The position numbers and the translations under genes are program-made. This document shows, one piece after another, positions 1 to 9,479 of a stretch of DNA of 64,000 nucleotides. Origin of the DNA: an uncultured virus (IMG/VR IMGVR_UViG_3300037400_006954) (lineage: Duplodnaviria > Heunggongvirae > Uroviricota > Caudoviricetes); IMG/VR virus record IMGVR_UViG_3300037400_006954, one strand, 5' to 3'. The notes beneath the pieces are model-generated. The model was given only the letters and a program-made list of their open reading frames with translations, had not been told where the DNA came from and did not search any database. Positions within the stretch are counted from its first letter, which is position 1. Each line of letters opens with the position of its first letter.

Positions 1-761
1 ACCTTGTCTGTCTGTGGGGCTTCTTCGACAGTAAGCGTCTGTATTATCGGTATCCTGCGCAGTTCTGTCGACATTTGCGCTATTCTCACATAATATCTCT
101 TGTCTGAGCCGGGCACTACCAGGACGTCTCCGTACTTGAGCGCCACGCTGCCTATGGCCTTGACCTGGAACGCCTTCTTCTCCACGGTGCCGTTCTTGTC
201 TATGTTCGTCTGGTGGTTTACGTCTTCCGAGAAGTCGAGCCACATGTCGTACGGCCCGTGGTAGGCAGGATCGCGTCCTGTACCGAAGCAGACCTTGCAG
301 TGTGAGTCCCTTATGGCTCCGGTTATCGGGTCCAGGCACTTCTTGCACCTGGGACCGAACGTCGACAGAAGATAGACCCTGCCGTGTACGCCGGCCATGC
401 CCTTTGAATGCAGCACCGACTGCCTCATTATCTCCCGGGCGAGCAGAAAGTCCCTGCGGGCAAGCTTGCCGTACGGCTGTATCGCGGGAGACGTGTACTC
501 GCCGGAAGGAGTCGTGAGGCGTACCCTGAAGTACAGCACGTTTGCCTTGTTGACCTTGTGGTGGCCTTCCGTCTCTGACCAGCAGAACGAGTTGACTATG
601 TCAGGCGATATGACGAACCACGGCCCGTTAGGCGATTCGCCCTCTTCCACTACAAACGTCCAGGGTCCGACGTCGTTGAAGTCGCCGGACAAAGTCCACA
701 TATAGCTAAACCCTCTGGAGTAGCTTGGGAATATCCTAAAGTCTGTAAATGGCTGTGTCAC
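1..761 (-). CDS. Putative neck/head-completion protein (partial, runs off window start)
   Basis: Not in the ORF track. Manual translation from GTG at 761 gives VTQPFTDFRIFPSYSRG...RCKKCLDPITGAIRDSHCKVCFGTG...ELRRIPIIQ with no stop before position 1. It has a CxxC...CxxCxGTG zinc motif and lies downstream of the capsid and adaptor genes. Confidence 0.6.
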   Translation of the reverse strand, partial: MTQPFTDFRIFPSYSRGFSYMWTLSGDFNDVGPWTFVVEEGESPNGPWFVISPDIVNSFCWSETEGHHKVNKANVLYFRVRLTTPSGEYTSPAIQPYGKLARRDFLLAREIMRQSVLHSKGMAGVHGRVYLLSTFGPRCKKCLDPITGAIRDSHCKVCFGTGRDPAYHGPYDMWLDFSEDVNHQTNIDKNGTVEKKAFQVKAIGSVALKYGDVLVVPGSDKRYYVRIAQMSTELRRIPIIQTLTVEEAPQTDK

Positions 762-791
762 GGCTAAATGTCTTGTACTATCTACCTACTA

Positions 792-1370
792 CTATACCAT
801 CAACCAGCTCGGAATAGAAGACCTCTTCTTGTCAGGGAGCAACTTTCTTCCTATGGCGTGCGCAGCCAGGAAGGGAGCGGCGGCTGCCGCGGCGACTGCC
901 GACCGCCCTACCAGCGCACTGGAGCCTCCGAGAACCTTGTTGAGCTGTCTCACTATGAACGGGACCTTGAACTGTTTTGAAAGGCTGTTCACCGTAGCGC
1001 TGTTCACTCTGGCCGCATTGGTCATGTTTGCCAGCCACACCGAGAGCGGGGTCGCCACCAGGCCCTCCGCCAGACCCCTGGTTGCAGCCCTGCCGATGCC
1101 GTCCATGGGATCGTCTTTTCCAAACCTGTACCACGGCTTTTTTCTGAACTTGTTGTCCATGAACCTGGCTACCGAGCCTGAAAGCGCCCCGGAAGCGGCG
1201 CCCAGGCCAAGAAGGGCACCGATACCGCCCCCCTTTATCTTCGGAAGCATGCCGAACAGCTTCTTCGCCTCGGGACTGCTCGCGGCGTCCCGTACCTTCT
1301 TGTTTCTGAGCGTTTCCGTAATCAGCTGGTCTACTAACGGCAATGCCAGGGACTCTTCTGGAGAAATCAT
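792..1370 (-). CDS. Hypothetical basic protein with glycine-zipper segments, probably virion-associated
   Basis: 192 aa; GGGIGALLGLGAASGALSG and an Ala-rich C-terminal hydrophobic stretch; located in the structural block. Confidence 0.55.
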   Translation of the reverse strand: MISPEESLALPLVDQLITETLRNKKVRDAASSPEAKKLFGMLPKIKGGGIGALLGLGAASGALSGSVARFMDNKFRKKPWYRFGKDDPMDGIGRAATRGLAEGLVATPLSVWLANMTNAARVNSATVNSLSKQFKVPFIVRQLNKVLGGSSALVGRSAVAAAAAAPFLAAHAIGRKLLPDKKRSSIPSWLMV

Positions 1371-1374
1371 GTCG

Positions 1375-2637
1375 TTACCCCCTACCTAGTATTCTGTCTA
1401 GAATAGACGTGTTCTTGTTCTTCCTGTTGCGTATGGCGTTATACGCGGCAAGACCCCCGAGACCGAGCGAAGACAGGCCTATTCCCCTGCGCAACAGCTT
1501 GTTCCTCAGCAGTCCGAGTATCTGCGGTCCGCGTATCTGCGCTATGTGGTGGCTGCTGGCGGTGGAGAATGTCCTGGACATGTCTCCGTGCATCAGCTTC
1601 AGGGCCAGGTTGTTCTTGGCGGCGGCCATGGCGTCCTCAAGGCTATTCACCGCGATCCTGCCCGGTTTTATCTCGCTCTTTATGCCTACTTTTCCGGTCG
1701 GAAGCAGATCCCACTTAGGAGCGGTGCCGACAAGGTTTCCTACGACTGAGGAAATGCTGCTGTTGGCCCTACCGCCCATGGCGGCAATGAGCTTTTCCGT
1801 GGCCTCGCCTACGTCCTTTGTGTCGCCGATGAGCTGCTTTGCATAGTCCAGGGCGTCCGCATAGGCCCTTCTTACGGCCCTGTACTTGCCTGGCTGGCCT
1901 GGAATGCTTATAGCCCTGTCGTTTCCTATCAGCTTGTTGAGGTAGTCAAGCGACGTCATTCCCCTCGGCCTGTCTCCTACAAGGGACTCGGCCAGCATCC
2001 TCGCCCTGTCTCCGACCAGTGTCTTGAGACCCATGCCGCCCCTGGCCGGCGATACCCTTGCCTGGACGCCGGTCTCCTGCAGGCCCCTCAGGTATGCGTC
2101 CTGGAAGCTCCTGCCCATCGCGGGCATGTGCGTCATCTCGGCGTCGACAGTCCCCTTTGTCAGGGCATCATCCGTGATGCTGTTCATCGCCCCGGCGGAT
2201 TCAAGGGCGCCGCCAAACCTTCCTCCGGACAGCTTGTCTATGATCTTTCCGAGCAAAGACTGCTTTACGTCCTTGGCAAGACCCCTTACGGCCCGTGTCT
2301 CCTTGCTTCCGTTCAGCAGGATATCGTAGACTTTCTGTGGATTGTCCTTGAACAGCGGGGAAGAGAGGGCCTTGTAGGTTCTGTCTACGTAGTGCAGTCC
2401 GAAGTCGTCAATGCTAGGATCTATCTTCAGATACGAGTTGAGGGCGTTCATGGTGTTTCTGTTAAACCCGTTTGCCTCTGACCAGCCATGTCTGTTCAGG
2501 CTGTTGTTCAGGAACCTAAGGCCGCCATAGGCTCCGCCGAGAGCGGTGGCGCCGGCGGCGGGAGCCGCTACCGACGAGTCGTCGTCCCCGTGAAGCAGCC
2601 AATGCAGCTTCCTAGAAATGTCTCTTGATGAAGTCAT
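1375..2637 (-). CDS. Hypothetical virion-associated protein with N- and C-terminal glycine zippers
   Basis: 420 aa; AAGATALGGAYGG near the N-terminus and GIGLSSLGLGGLAAY near the C-terminus. Confidence 0.55.
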   Translation of the reverse strand: MTSSRDISRKLHWLLHGDDDSSVAAPAAGATALGGAYGGLRFLNNSLNRHGWSEANGFNRNTMNALNSYLKIDPSIDDFGLHYVDRTYKALSSPLFKDNPQKVYDILLNGSKETRAVRGLAKDVKQSLLGKIIDKLSGGRFGGALESAGAMNSITDDALTKGTVDAEMTHMPAMGRSFQDAYLRGLQETGVQARVSPARGGMGLKTLVGDRARMLAESLVGDRPRGMTSLDYLNKLIGNDRAISIPGQPGKYRAVRRAYADALDYAKQLIGDTKDVGEATEKLIAAMGGRANSSISSVVGNLVGTAPKWDLLPTGKVGIKSEIKPGRIAVNSLEDAMAAAKNNLALKLMHGDMSRTFSTASSHHIAQIRGPQILGLLRNKLLRRGIGLSSLGLGGLAAYNAIRNRKNKNTSILDRILGRG

Positions 2638-4723
2638 TGATCCTCCCGGATATGCCTTTGTTCCTGCTGTCGTACTTGTCTACAAGGTACTTTGTCAATC
2701 CGACGCCTCCGGCAGCGCCTCCTATGGCCGCAAGAGGGGCTATCTTCGCCATGGCCGGGTTCTTCGTGAACAGGCGTCCTGCCCTGCCCAGGAATCCCTT
2801 TATTCCGGTACCGGAAAACCCGATCGCGTTCTTTGCCTTGGCGTGGTGTTTTCTCACTGCGGCTATGAAGTTCGTCGTCGCGTCTTCAAGGCCCTTGTGG
2901 TAGTTGCCTACGGTCCTGAGGTGTTCCGGCGAGAACCTCCTTGCCTTCACCTCGTCAGTCAGCATCCGCTTGATGAGGTTTGAGTTCCTCTCGCGGTTGT
3001 CCCTCAGGGCTTTCCCGGACACCATGTCCTCGAAGAGCGTCCTCTTGTCTGCTATGTCTCCGAAGTCTACCTTGGTTTCGGCTTTCAGCTCCTCCAGGAC
3101 TTTCTTCCAGTCCTCGTTCGTCCACCTGTCTCGCGTAAGCCCCTGTATGCCCAAAGTACGGAGCCTGTCAGGAGCCGCCTCGAGCTTGCGGGACATGCGG
3201 TCCAGCGCGAGAACCCTGTTGTCCATGTTGGCGATGAGGTCGTCGCCGCGCCTGCCGACTATGTACTTGCTGTTCTTCAGGTTCGTGTCCCAGTCCGACG
3301 TAAACACCATCGGGGTCGTAAGGGCGCCCGACTCGGCCGCCGTGCTTGAACCGCCGTAGGTCAGATACAGGTCTGCGCCGTTGGCATACCGCGCCAGTCT
3401 CTGCGATCCGGTCATTCCGGGCACGCTGCCTATGTACGGAGTCCATGTGACTTTTCCCGGGTGCGTCGTCTTCAGCCGGTTTACGGTCTCCTCGAGGTCT
3501 GGCGACAGGGTGGTGCCGCTCTGGAGAAGTATGTGGTAGTCCTTGTTCGTGGAGTCAAGCGCCTCTATTGCGTTTAGAAGCTTCGACGTGGTATTGGGGC
3601 CGGCACTACCGGCCGACATGAACACGAGGTTCTTGCCTGCGAGGTTCAGGGGCGTTCTCTCGGCGCGAATCTCGTGTATGGCGTCTATGAGGTCCTTCCT
3701 GGACTCCGTGAACAGCCTTCTGGCCTCTTCCGGCGTGGCCGGCGGCTTGGCCGCGGTAATGCCCGGAAGCATGGCGTCCGTCGGGGAGTCCCAGTTTATC
3801 TTCAGGTTGGTCGGGATGCCCAGGTTTACGGTCTCCCCGGCGTACGGCTTGTATTCGTTCATCTGGGCCCACGCATGGGGAGCGAACTTCTGGTTCAGCA
3901 CCGCGTCGGTGGTTCTCAGGGAATCCATCAAGTCCTGCTTTACCCCGATGGTGCCCCACTTGAATCCGCGTTCAAGGGGAAGCACGGATGCGATGTTTCC
4001 GGTCGTCAGCCCCTCCACAAGGCTGTCCGGATGCATCCAGTACTCGGGATGCTTTATGGCGTCAAGACCTCCTACCTTCAGCGCCGTGTAGAGTCTTCCG
4101 ACGGACCAGTTGTTCCACTTGCCCGAATGAAGGGTGGCTAGAGCCTCGTTGAAGGCTTGCATCTCGGGCTCGGTGAATACCTTGCTGCCCTTTGTCGACA
4201 GAAGGAGATCGTACATTGCCCTCTGCCCTCCTGGAGGAAGAGCCTGTATGCGCCTGAGGTGCTCTACTCCCTTCGATCCGGACGCCTTGAGAAGCTTGTC
4301 GATCAGGACATCGCCCATTGGCCTGTTCTTGAAGATCCTCGTATCTGCGCCCTGTCTCGTGACCCTGTTCTGGGGCATGTACTTGTACTTGTTCAGGTCA
4401 GCAAGGTTTGAACCGTCTATTGACCCGGCGTCGCCCCATGCCATGTTGCGGTCAAGCTGCGGAATCCTAGTAGGCGCTATTACGGCCGGTATTCCGTTGT
4501 TCCTCAGAAGCTTCATCAGCCTGTAGCCTGCCTGTGCCTCGCCGGAGCCTCCGCCGAGCTCAGGGCTCATGGTGCCTGCAAGCACCACCGGATGGCTGGC
4601 GTGAAACCTCCTTGTGACGGGGTCCTCTATGGCACGTAGCTTGGTAAGGGAAAGCGCTGACGCGCCGCCGGCTCCTCCGCCAAGCAGCATAAGAAGTGCG
4701 TTTCTACGTTCTTTGTCGGTCAT
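2612..4723 (-). CDS. Virion-block protein containing a GT-B (GT28/MurG C-terminal-like) glycosyltransferase domain
   Basis: 703 aa; LVFMSAGSAG...ILLQSG...ADLYLTYGGSSTAAESGALTTPMVF resembles the nucleotide-sugar-binding half of MurG/GT28 enzymes; glycine zippers at both ends. Confidence 0.5.
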   Translation of the reverse strand: MTDKERRNALLMLLGGGAGGASALSLTKLRAIEDPVTRRFHASHPVVLAGTMSPELGGGSGEAQAGYRLMKLLRNNGIPAVIAPTRIPQLDRNMAWGDAGSIDGSNLADLNKYKYMPQNRVTRQGADTRIFKNRPMGDVLIDKLLKASGSKGVEHLRRIQALPPGGQRAMYDLLLSTKGSKVFTEPEMQAFNEALATLHSGKWNNWSVGRLYTALKVGGLDAIKHPEYWMHPDSLVEGLTTGNIASVLPLERGFKWGTIGVKQDLMDSLRTTDAVLNQKFAPHAWAQMNEYKPYAGETVNLGIPTNLKINWDSPTDAMLPGITAAKPPATPEEARRLFTESRKDLIDAIHEIRAERTPLNLAGKNLVFMSAGSAGPNTTSKLLNAIEALDSTNKDYHILLQSGTTLSPDLEETVNRLKTTHPGKVTWTPYIGSVPGMTGSQRLARYANGADLYLTYGGSSTAAESGALTTPMVFTSDWDTNLKNSKYIVGRRGDDLIANMDNRVLALDRMSRKLEAAPDRLRTLGIQGLTRDRWTNEDWKKVLEELKAETKVDFGDIADKRTLFEDMVSGKALRDNRERNSNLIKRMLTDEVKARRFSPEHLRTVGNYHKGLEDATTNFIAAVRKHHAKAKNAIGFSGTGIKGFLGRAGRLFTKNPAMAKIAPLAAIGGAAGGVGLTKYLVDKYDSRNKGISGRINDFIKRHF

Positions 4724-4727
4724 GTGG

Positions 4728-5141
4728 CTACCTGTTTCCTAGTTTTTTCTTCAAATACCCGAGTCCGGCTGTTGCAAGAGCCGGGACTCCAACGGCAGTC
4801 GCGGCTATAGGAAGAATACCCCTCATCTTGCTGAGAGACGGCCTCAGAACATCGCTTCTCGTATTACTTATCCTGTTGATGGCCCGTGCCGCGGCATTTT
4901 CGAAGAATGCGGCGTTATCCGGGAGGATTTTTCCGGTTTTCCTGCCCATCGTGTTGGATATGGCGTCTATGATCCTCGCCTGTTCTCCCCTCTCCACGCC
5001 GAATTCCTCGAAAACCCTGTTCAGTATGTTCTCGAGCGAAAATTCGCCTGCAGCGGACTTGGCCATCCGCGCATTTGCAAGGCCGTGAAGTCCAAGCGAT
5101 CTTATACTTGACATATCTTTCATATGGCGCCTCCTATGCAA
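4728..5141 (-). CDS. Hypothetical virion-associated protein
   Basis: 137 aa; AKSAA motif near the N-terminus and a hydrophobic C-terminal helix; start uncertain. Confidence 0.5.
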   Translation of the reverse strand: MHRRRHMKDMSSIRSLGLHGLANARMAKSAAGEFSLENILNRVFEEFGVERGEQARIIDAISNTMGRKTGKILPDNAAFFENAAARAINRISNTRSDVLRPSLSKMRGILPIAATAVGVPALATAGLGYLKKKLGNR

Positions 5142-5562
5142 TTCCCCAGCCGTTGTCCGCGTTTATCTCGCGCTTCTTCATGCGCACCCACTGCTTGTAC
5201 TCCTCCCACAGCCTTGAGCCGGCGGCGTCGTACTGCTGGTGCTTGGCCTCGCTGTTGAACTGGAGTCCGGCCGCATTGTACTGCGCCTCGTTGCGCCTAA
5301 ACCTGTTTGCTGCTATGAACAGCAGATTCGCCGCCGTACCCCTGAGCAACGCGTACCTGAACGGGAACCTGTCGTAGTTGTACCCCTGTATCGCCGGAGG
5401 GGTCTCGTTCCAGTAGTCGACCGTAAGGGTCTGCGCAGTCCTTATCTCCTCTGCGCTGAACTCCAGGTCGTCTATAAGAACATTGGCCTCTGGATCCGTA
5501 TCCCTGAGCCAGATGCGGATGTCCATGTCCGTCAGGAAATTGTCGTTGCCTACCGGCGTCAT
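5134..5562 (-). CDS. Putative head-tail adaptor/head completion protein
   Basis: 142 aa; IRIWLRD...EFSAEEI...WNETPP pattern and position two genes after the major capsid protein. Confidence 0.55.
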   Translation of the reverse strand: MTPVGNDNFLTDMDIRIWLRDTDPEANVLIDDLEFSAEEIRTAQTLTVDYWNETPPAIQGYNYDRFPFRYALLRGTAANLLFIAANRFRRNEAQYNAAGLQFNSEAKHQQYDAAGSRLWEEYKQWVRMKKREINADNGWGIA

Positions 5563-5576
5563 GTACAGGCTCCTTC

Positions 5577-5933
5577 TTAGATTATACCGCCTATGTTCAA
5601 AAACGACGGCGACCTGTTCTTTCTCACGATCTTGTCAAGACCGCGGCCCAGGTAGTTCTTTATGTTCTGAAAAGCCGATTTGCCGGTAGAGCCTGTAATA
5701 CCGGAATTGTATCCGACGTACCCAGCTGCTGCTGCCGCCAGCAGCGGAAGTATGAGGGAAGACAGGTGTATCCCGCCTCCACCGTACTGGTTGTCGCTGA
5801 AGTTGAACATCGAGGCCTTCTTCTCAAGACCTACGGTCATGCCTGTGACGGCATGCGCCGCCCTCTTGCTCAGCCCGCTGCGGGCGAATGTCTCCGCCAT
5901 GCCTGCCGCATACGCTCTCTCTATATCTGTCAT
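5577..5933 (-). CDS. Small virion-associated protein with leader motif and transmembrane segment
   Basis: 118 aa; AYAAGMAETFARSG leader, EKKAS, and hydrophobic LILPLLAAAAAGYVGY. Confidence 0.55.
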   Translation of the reverse strand: MTDIERAYAAGMAETFARSGLSKRAAHAVTGMTVGLEKKASMFNFSDNQYGGGGIHLSSLILPLLAAAAAGYVGYNSGITGSTGKSAFQNIKNYLGRGLDKIVRKNRSPSFLNIGGII

Positions 5934-5971
5934 CTGCGATACCCCGATGTGTCTTGTCTGTTTACTGAACA

Positions 5972-6000
5972 GGGGCCGAGCCTATCATAGACCCGGCCCC
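5972..6000 (-). terminator. Stem-loop downstream of the major capsid gene
   Basis: Minus strand GGGGCCGGGTCTA-TGA-TAGGCTCGGCCCC forms a 13-bp stem using G-U pairs; the U tract is weak. Confidence 0.6.
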
Positions 6001-6034
6001 ATGTCCGCTTTTTCAGCTGTCTGCGAACCGCCTG

Positions 6035-7036
6035 TTAGAGCGAGTCCGAACCGCTGTCTTCCGTGCCCGAACCCGAGCCGGCGTCAGTCTGGTTGAAGCG
6101 CGCGAGCGCCATGCCAGCGACGTTGCCGAATCCGAAACCACCGAGCCAGTAGCTGAAGAACTCAATGAAGAACGCTTCCTTCTTGAGGAACATCGTCCAG
6201 TCAGTGAGGTAGTAGCAGTGGCCGAGGAAGCTGGGCTCCGCGAAGAAGTACACGTAGTTCTCAGGAACGATCGTGCTCTTGATCGTGGTAACGAGCTTGA
6301 TGCCCTCGATGGTGTCGGTCGTGAGACCCTCGACCCAGTTCTTCTGGGCGAGATCGCCACCGACCTCGATACGGTCGAGCTTCAGGATGTCGCGGGCCGT
6401 GACGTCGTTCATGAGCGCAATGTAGTTGCGGCACATGAACTTGCCGTTGCCGTTCGGACGAGGCAGAAGCTTCGTAGCCTCGGTCCAGGTCTTGCGGTTG
6501 ATCTGGTCCGCGAAGTCCTTCCACTGAACCTTGCCAGTGACCTTGTTGGGCTGGCCCTCTCCGTCGGCGTTGAAGACGATGGAGTTGACGGTCTGGATGA
6601 ACTTCTCGTCGATCTTGGCGAGACCGTCCTTGATCGAGTTGTCCGTGAGGATCTTGCGGATGTCGTAGTCGTACGTGCGGAGCTCGTCGATGTCCTTCGT
6701 CATCTTGCGGGTGAGAACACGCGCAAAAGGAATGAGGTAACGCGAACCAGTGATGTACTCGCCATCCGGTACGGTCTCAAGCGGGACCCACTTCGCACCA
6801 GGAGAATCGGGCTCGATGTTCTCGATGACCCCGAGGTCCTCGGTCAGGTCACGGCGGAGACGGCTGTTGTCGATCTTCTCAGGAGGGAGGATCTTGAACG
6901 CGAAGCTGTCTTCACGGATCTGGGTGCGGGTGTAGTCGGAAGCGACCTGGGCGACCTTGTTGAGGCCTGCGTCGGTTCCCTTGTCCAGTGCATCAAGGAC
7001 AGAGGAGTTGAGAAGAGGAATATTCTGCGTATTCAT
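6035..7036 (-). CDS. Major capsid protein (probable HK97 fold)
   Basis: 333 aa; last gene of the protease-scaffold-decoration-MCP order; TRTQIREDSFAFKILPP N-terminal segment; strong C/G third-position codon bias; GGAGG RBS; followed by a stem-loop. Confidence 0.75.
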   Translation of the reverse strand: MNTQNIPLLNSSVLDALDKGTDAGLNKVAQVASDYTRTQIREDSFAFKILPPEKIDNSRLRRDLTEDLGVIENIEPDSPGAKWVPLETVPDGEYITGSRYLIPFARVLTRKMTKDIDELRTYDYDIRKILTDNSIKDGLAKIDEKFIQTVNSIVFNADGEGQPNKVTGKVQWKDFADQINRKTWTEATKLLPRPNGNGKFMCRNYIALMNDVTARDILKLDRIEVGGDLAQKNWVEGLTTDTIEGIKLVTTIKSTIVPENYVYFFAEPSFLGHCYYLTDWTMFLKKEAFFIEFFSYWLGGFGFGNVAGMALARFNQTDAGSGSGTEDSGSDSL

Positions 7037-7051
7037 GTTCGTTCCTCCTTA

Positions 7052-7624
7052 TTACTTGGTGCGGAAACGGATTACGGAAACGTTCGCACCCTGGCGAACA
7101 ACCTGAGTGCCCTGCGTCTTCGCAGGCGCATTGTTGACCCAACGGCTCGCCGGAACTCCGGTGAGAATGGCAACAATTCCAGTCGAACCAGCAGCCTTCT
7201 TGAACATGCCGTTCTCGACGGTAAGTCCGTCGCCGATCGACGCTGTGGCAAGGCTCTCCTTGTCGAACTGGTCGGTCTCGTACTCACCCTCCATGGAGAG
7301 CGAGAGACCCGTGATCGCAGGAACTCCGGCCTTTGCACCGGGGATCGTGATGATGCCTTCGGTGATAGAAGGAACATCATGATCGAACGCGGTGCTACCG
7401 GCCATTCCGGCCTGCGCATCCTTGTAATCCTGAAGCGCAATATAGAGTAGCGCCTCGTTGGTGGCATCCGCGGCGATCTTGAACTCGCCGTCTGAGTTGG
7501 TGCCAGCCGTCATCTCAATGACCATACCGCGGACAATGCCCTCGTTTCCCGTCTGGACGGGGAGAGTCTTGTCGATCTGGCCAAGGCTAGGGTAGTGACC
7601 CTTGATTGGACTAAACCATCCCAT
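7052..7624 (-). CDS. Putative capsid decoration/stabilising protein
   Basis: 190 aa, Gly/Thr-rich with beta-strand-like composition, immediately upstream of the MCP. Confidence 0.5.
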   Translation of the reverse strand: MGWFSPIKGHYPSLGQIDKTLPVQTGNEGIVRGMVIEMTAGTNSDGEFKIAADATNEALLYIALQDYKDAQAGMAGSTAFDHDVPSITEGIITIPGAKAGVPAITGLSLSMEGEYETDQFDKESLATASIGDGLTVENGMFKKAAGSTGIVAILTGVPASRWVNNAPAKTQGTQVVRQGANVSVIRFRTK

Positions 7625-7656
7625 AGTTTTGTACCTTTCTTTTGCTAACCGTGCAA

Positions 7657-8052
7657 TTAGTCTATGTAACCGTTCCCCCGGCTAACATTACCGGAAAGGA
7701 ATTCGCGAACGAACGGATCATCGTCAGCCGACGCACGCTTCTCCTCGATCGGGGACACGCCGCCGAGAGTAGGGGCTGATACCATTTCAGCCAACTTTAC
7801 GACGGTGTCCCATACCGAGGTTGCGTCTTCTGCAACTTTGTCAACAAATGCATTGACGTTGTCGCTGTCAATCACGCCGCGTTCGGCAAGAACCTTGGCG
7901 GCGTCCGTTGCTCGCTTGGCAAAGCCTGCACGGGCCTTGTCAAAATCTTCTATCTTCTTCTCGGCAGCAGCAAGTTTCTCAGCCTGCATCACAGCGGCTC
8001 CGCACAGATTTGCGACTTTCTGCATTGCCGAAACGTCTAGTACAGTACTCAT
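7657..8052 (-). CDS. Small helical head-assembly (scaffold-like) protein
   Basis: 131 aa with five K-x-A motifs; ends DDDPFVREFL; lies between the scaffold and decoration genes. Confidence 0.5.
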   Translation of the reverse strand: MSTVLDVSAMQKVANLCGAAVMQAEKLAAAEKKIEDFDKARAGFAKRATDAAKVLAERGVIDSDNVNAFVDKVAEDATSVWDTVVKLAEMVSAPTLGGVSPIEEKRASADDDPFVREFLSGNVSRGNGYID

Positions 8053-8090
8053 TTATTGCTCCTTGCTGTTGCTTTGACAGAGCGCGCCGA

Positions 8091-9479
8091 TTAGCGCGCT
8101 CCTCCCGTACGGGCCTGGATATACTGGGCCAGGCGCTGCGGATCTACGCCGTATTCAGCGCACTTCTGGATGAAGCCGTTCTGATAACGGGAGACCTGGC
8201 TCTTCTGAAGCGCAGCCGCGATCTTCTGATGGACAGCTGCGGTCTTCTGAGCTTCGTCGGCTGCCGCGGCATCGGCGATAGCCGCCTCCGCATCGGCCGC
8301 TCCGGCTTCCTCAGGCGTCGCGCCTGCATCGTCGCCGGCCACCTGCTCGGCCACCGACTCGTCGGCACCTGCGCCTACAAGCTCCTGCACGAGCTGCTGG
8401 GCCTCGTCTTCGGAAAGCTCTCCGCTCTCGATGGCCTGGGCAATGCCCTCCGCGATCTGGTCGTCGGAGACGTCCTCTGCCCCGCCGCCGGCCTCGGCGC
8501 CAAGCTCGCCTACGATCGTAGCCGCATCCTCTTCGGAAATCTGGCCCTCCTGCACGAGCTCGTTGACAGCCTCGACGACCTCCTCGGGCGTCACGGGATC
8601 CTCTCCGCCTTCAGCGCCTTCAGCACCTTCAGCACCTTCGGCGCCCGCTGCCGCGTCTGCAGCAGCTGCATCGGCGATAGCCGCCTCCGCATCGGCCGCT
8701 CCGGCTTCCTCAGGCGTAGCCTCGGCAGCAGCGGGTGTCTCCGCCTCGTCCATGGCCTGCGCAACCTTGGCGATGAGCGTCATCGCGTCATCCGCGCCGC
8801 GCTTATAGTCCGCGGCAGCCTTGACGAGAGCCTGTGCGTCGTTCGCTCCGGCCTGCTTGGCCATGCGGACTGCGGCGATCTTGTCAAGAATCTTGTTTTC
8901 TAGGCTGATCATATCGTTCTTGTTCTCCGCTTTCTTTTCTGGTGTATCTTCTGTCTTGGGGGCTTCGGCAGGCTTGTCGGCCGGCTGCTCGTCTGCCTTC
9001 TTCTCGGCAGGCTTGTCGGCTGGCTTTTCCTCTGCCTTCTTCTCGGCAGGCTTGTCGGCTGGCTTGGCAGCAGCTGCGGCCTTCTTCTCGGTAGCCTTGT
9101 TGATGGCTCCCTTGATGATGTTTAGGATGTCCGATGCAACCTTGGTGACGTCAGGATTGGCAGACGCCTCCTTGGCATTGGCATCCGCGGACTCCGCGGG
9201 CTTCTTCTCCGGGGTAAGCACCGGCTCGTCGGCCTCGTAGAGCTTGTCCTGCTGGACAGGGGCATCTGAGCCAGGCTCAGCTCCGGTCACCTCCGTGCGG
9301 GAGGCAGGACCCTCTTCCTTGACCTCGGGGTCGGGCTTCTTGGTCTCCTCAGAGACCGGCTTGTCGTTTTCGGCGCCAGGGAAGGAGTCGAAATTGCTAG
9401 GATCCTCCGCCGTCTTCGCCTCTGCCAACTTGATACGGGCGTTTACTTCGTCCAGAATCATCTTAACATTAGTTGTCAT
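8091..9479 (-). CDS. Putative capsid scaffolding protein
   Basis: 462 aa, extremely Ala/Glu-rich and low-complexity, more than 12 K-x-A motifs, directly downstream of the protease. Confidence 0.65.
   Translation of the reverse strand: MTTNVKMILDEVNARIKLAEAKTAEDPSNFDSFPGAENDKPVSEETKKPDPEVKEEGPASRTEVTGAEPGSDAPVQQDKLYEADEPVLTPEKKPAESADANAKEASANPDVTKVASDILNIIKGAINKATEKKAAAAAKPADKPAEKKAEEKPADKPAEKKADEQPADKPAEAPKTEDTPEKKAENKNDMISLENKILDKIAAVRMAKQAGANDAQALVKAAADYKRGADDAMTLIAKVAQAMDEAETPAAAEATPEEAGAADAEAAIADAAAADAAAGAEGAEGAEGAEGGEDPVTPEEVVEAVNELVQEGQISEEDAATIVGELGAEAGGGAEDVSDDQIAEGIAQAIESGELSEDEAQQLVQELVGAGADESVAEQVAGDDAGATPEEAGAADAEAAIADAAAADEAQKTAAVHQKIAAALQKSQVSRYQNGFIQKCAEYGVDPQRLAQYIQARTGGAR
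8262..8720. repeat. Direct repeats inside the scaffold gene
   Basis: ATPEEAGAADAEAAIADAAAAD occurs twice with near-identical DNA (about 8262-8320 and 8660-8720), with a GAE run between the copies; PADKPAEKKA repeats lie nearby at about 8965-9065. Confidence 0.85.
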
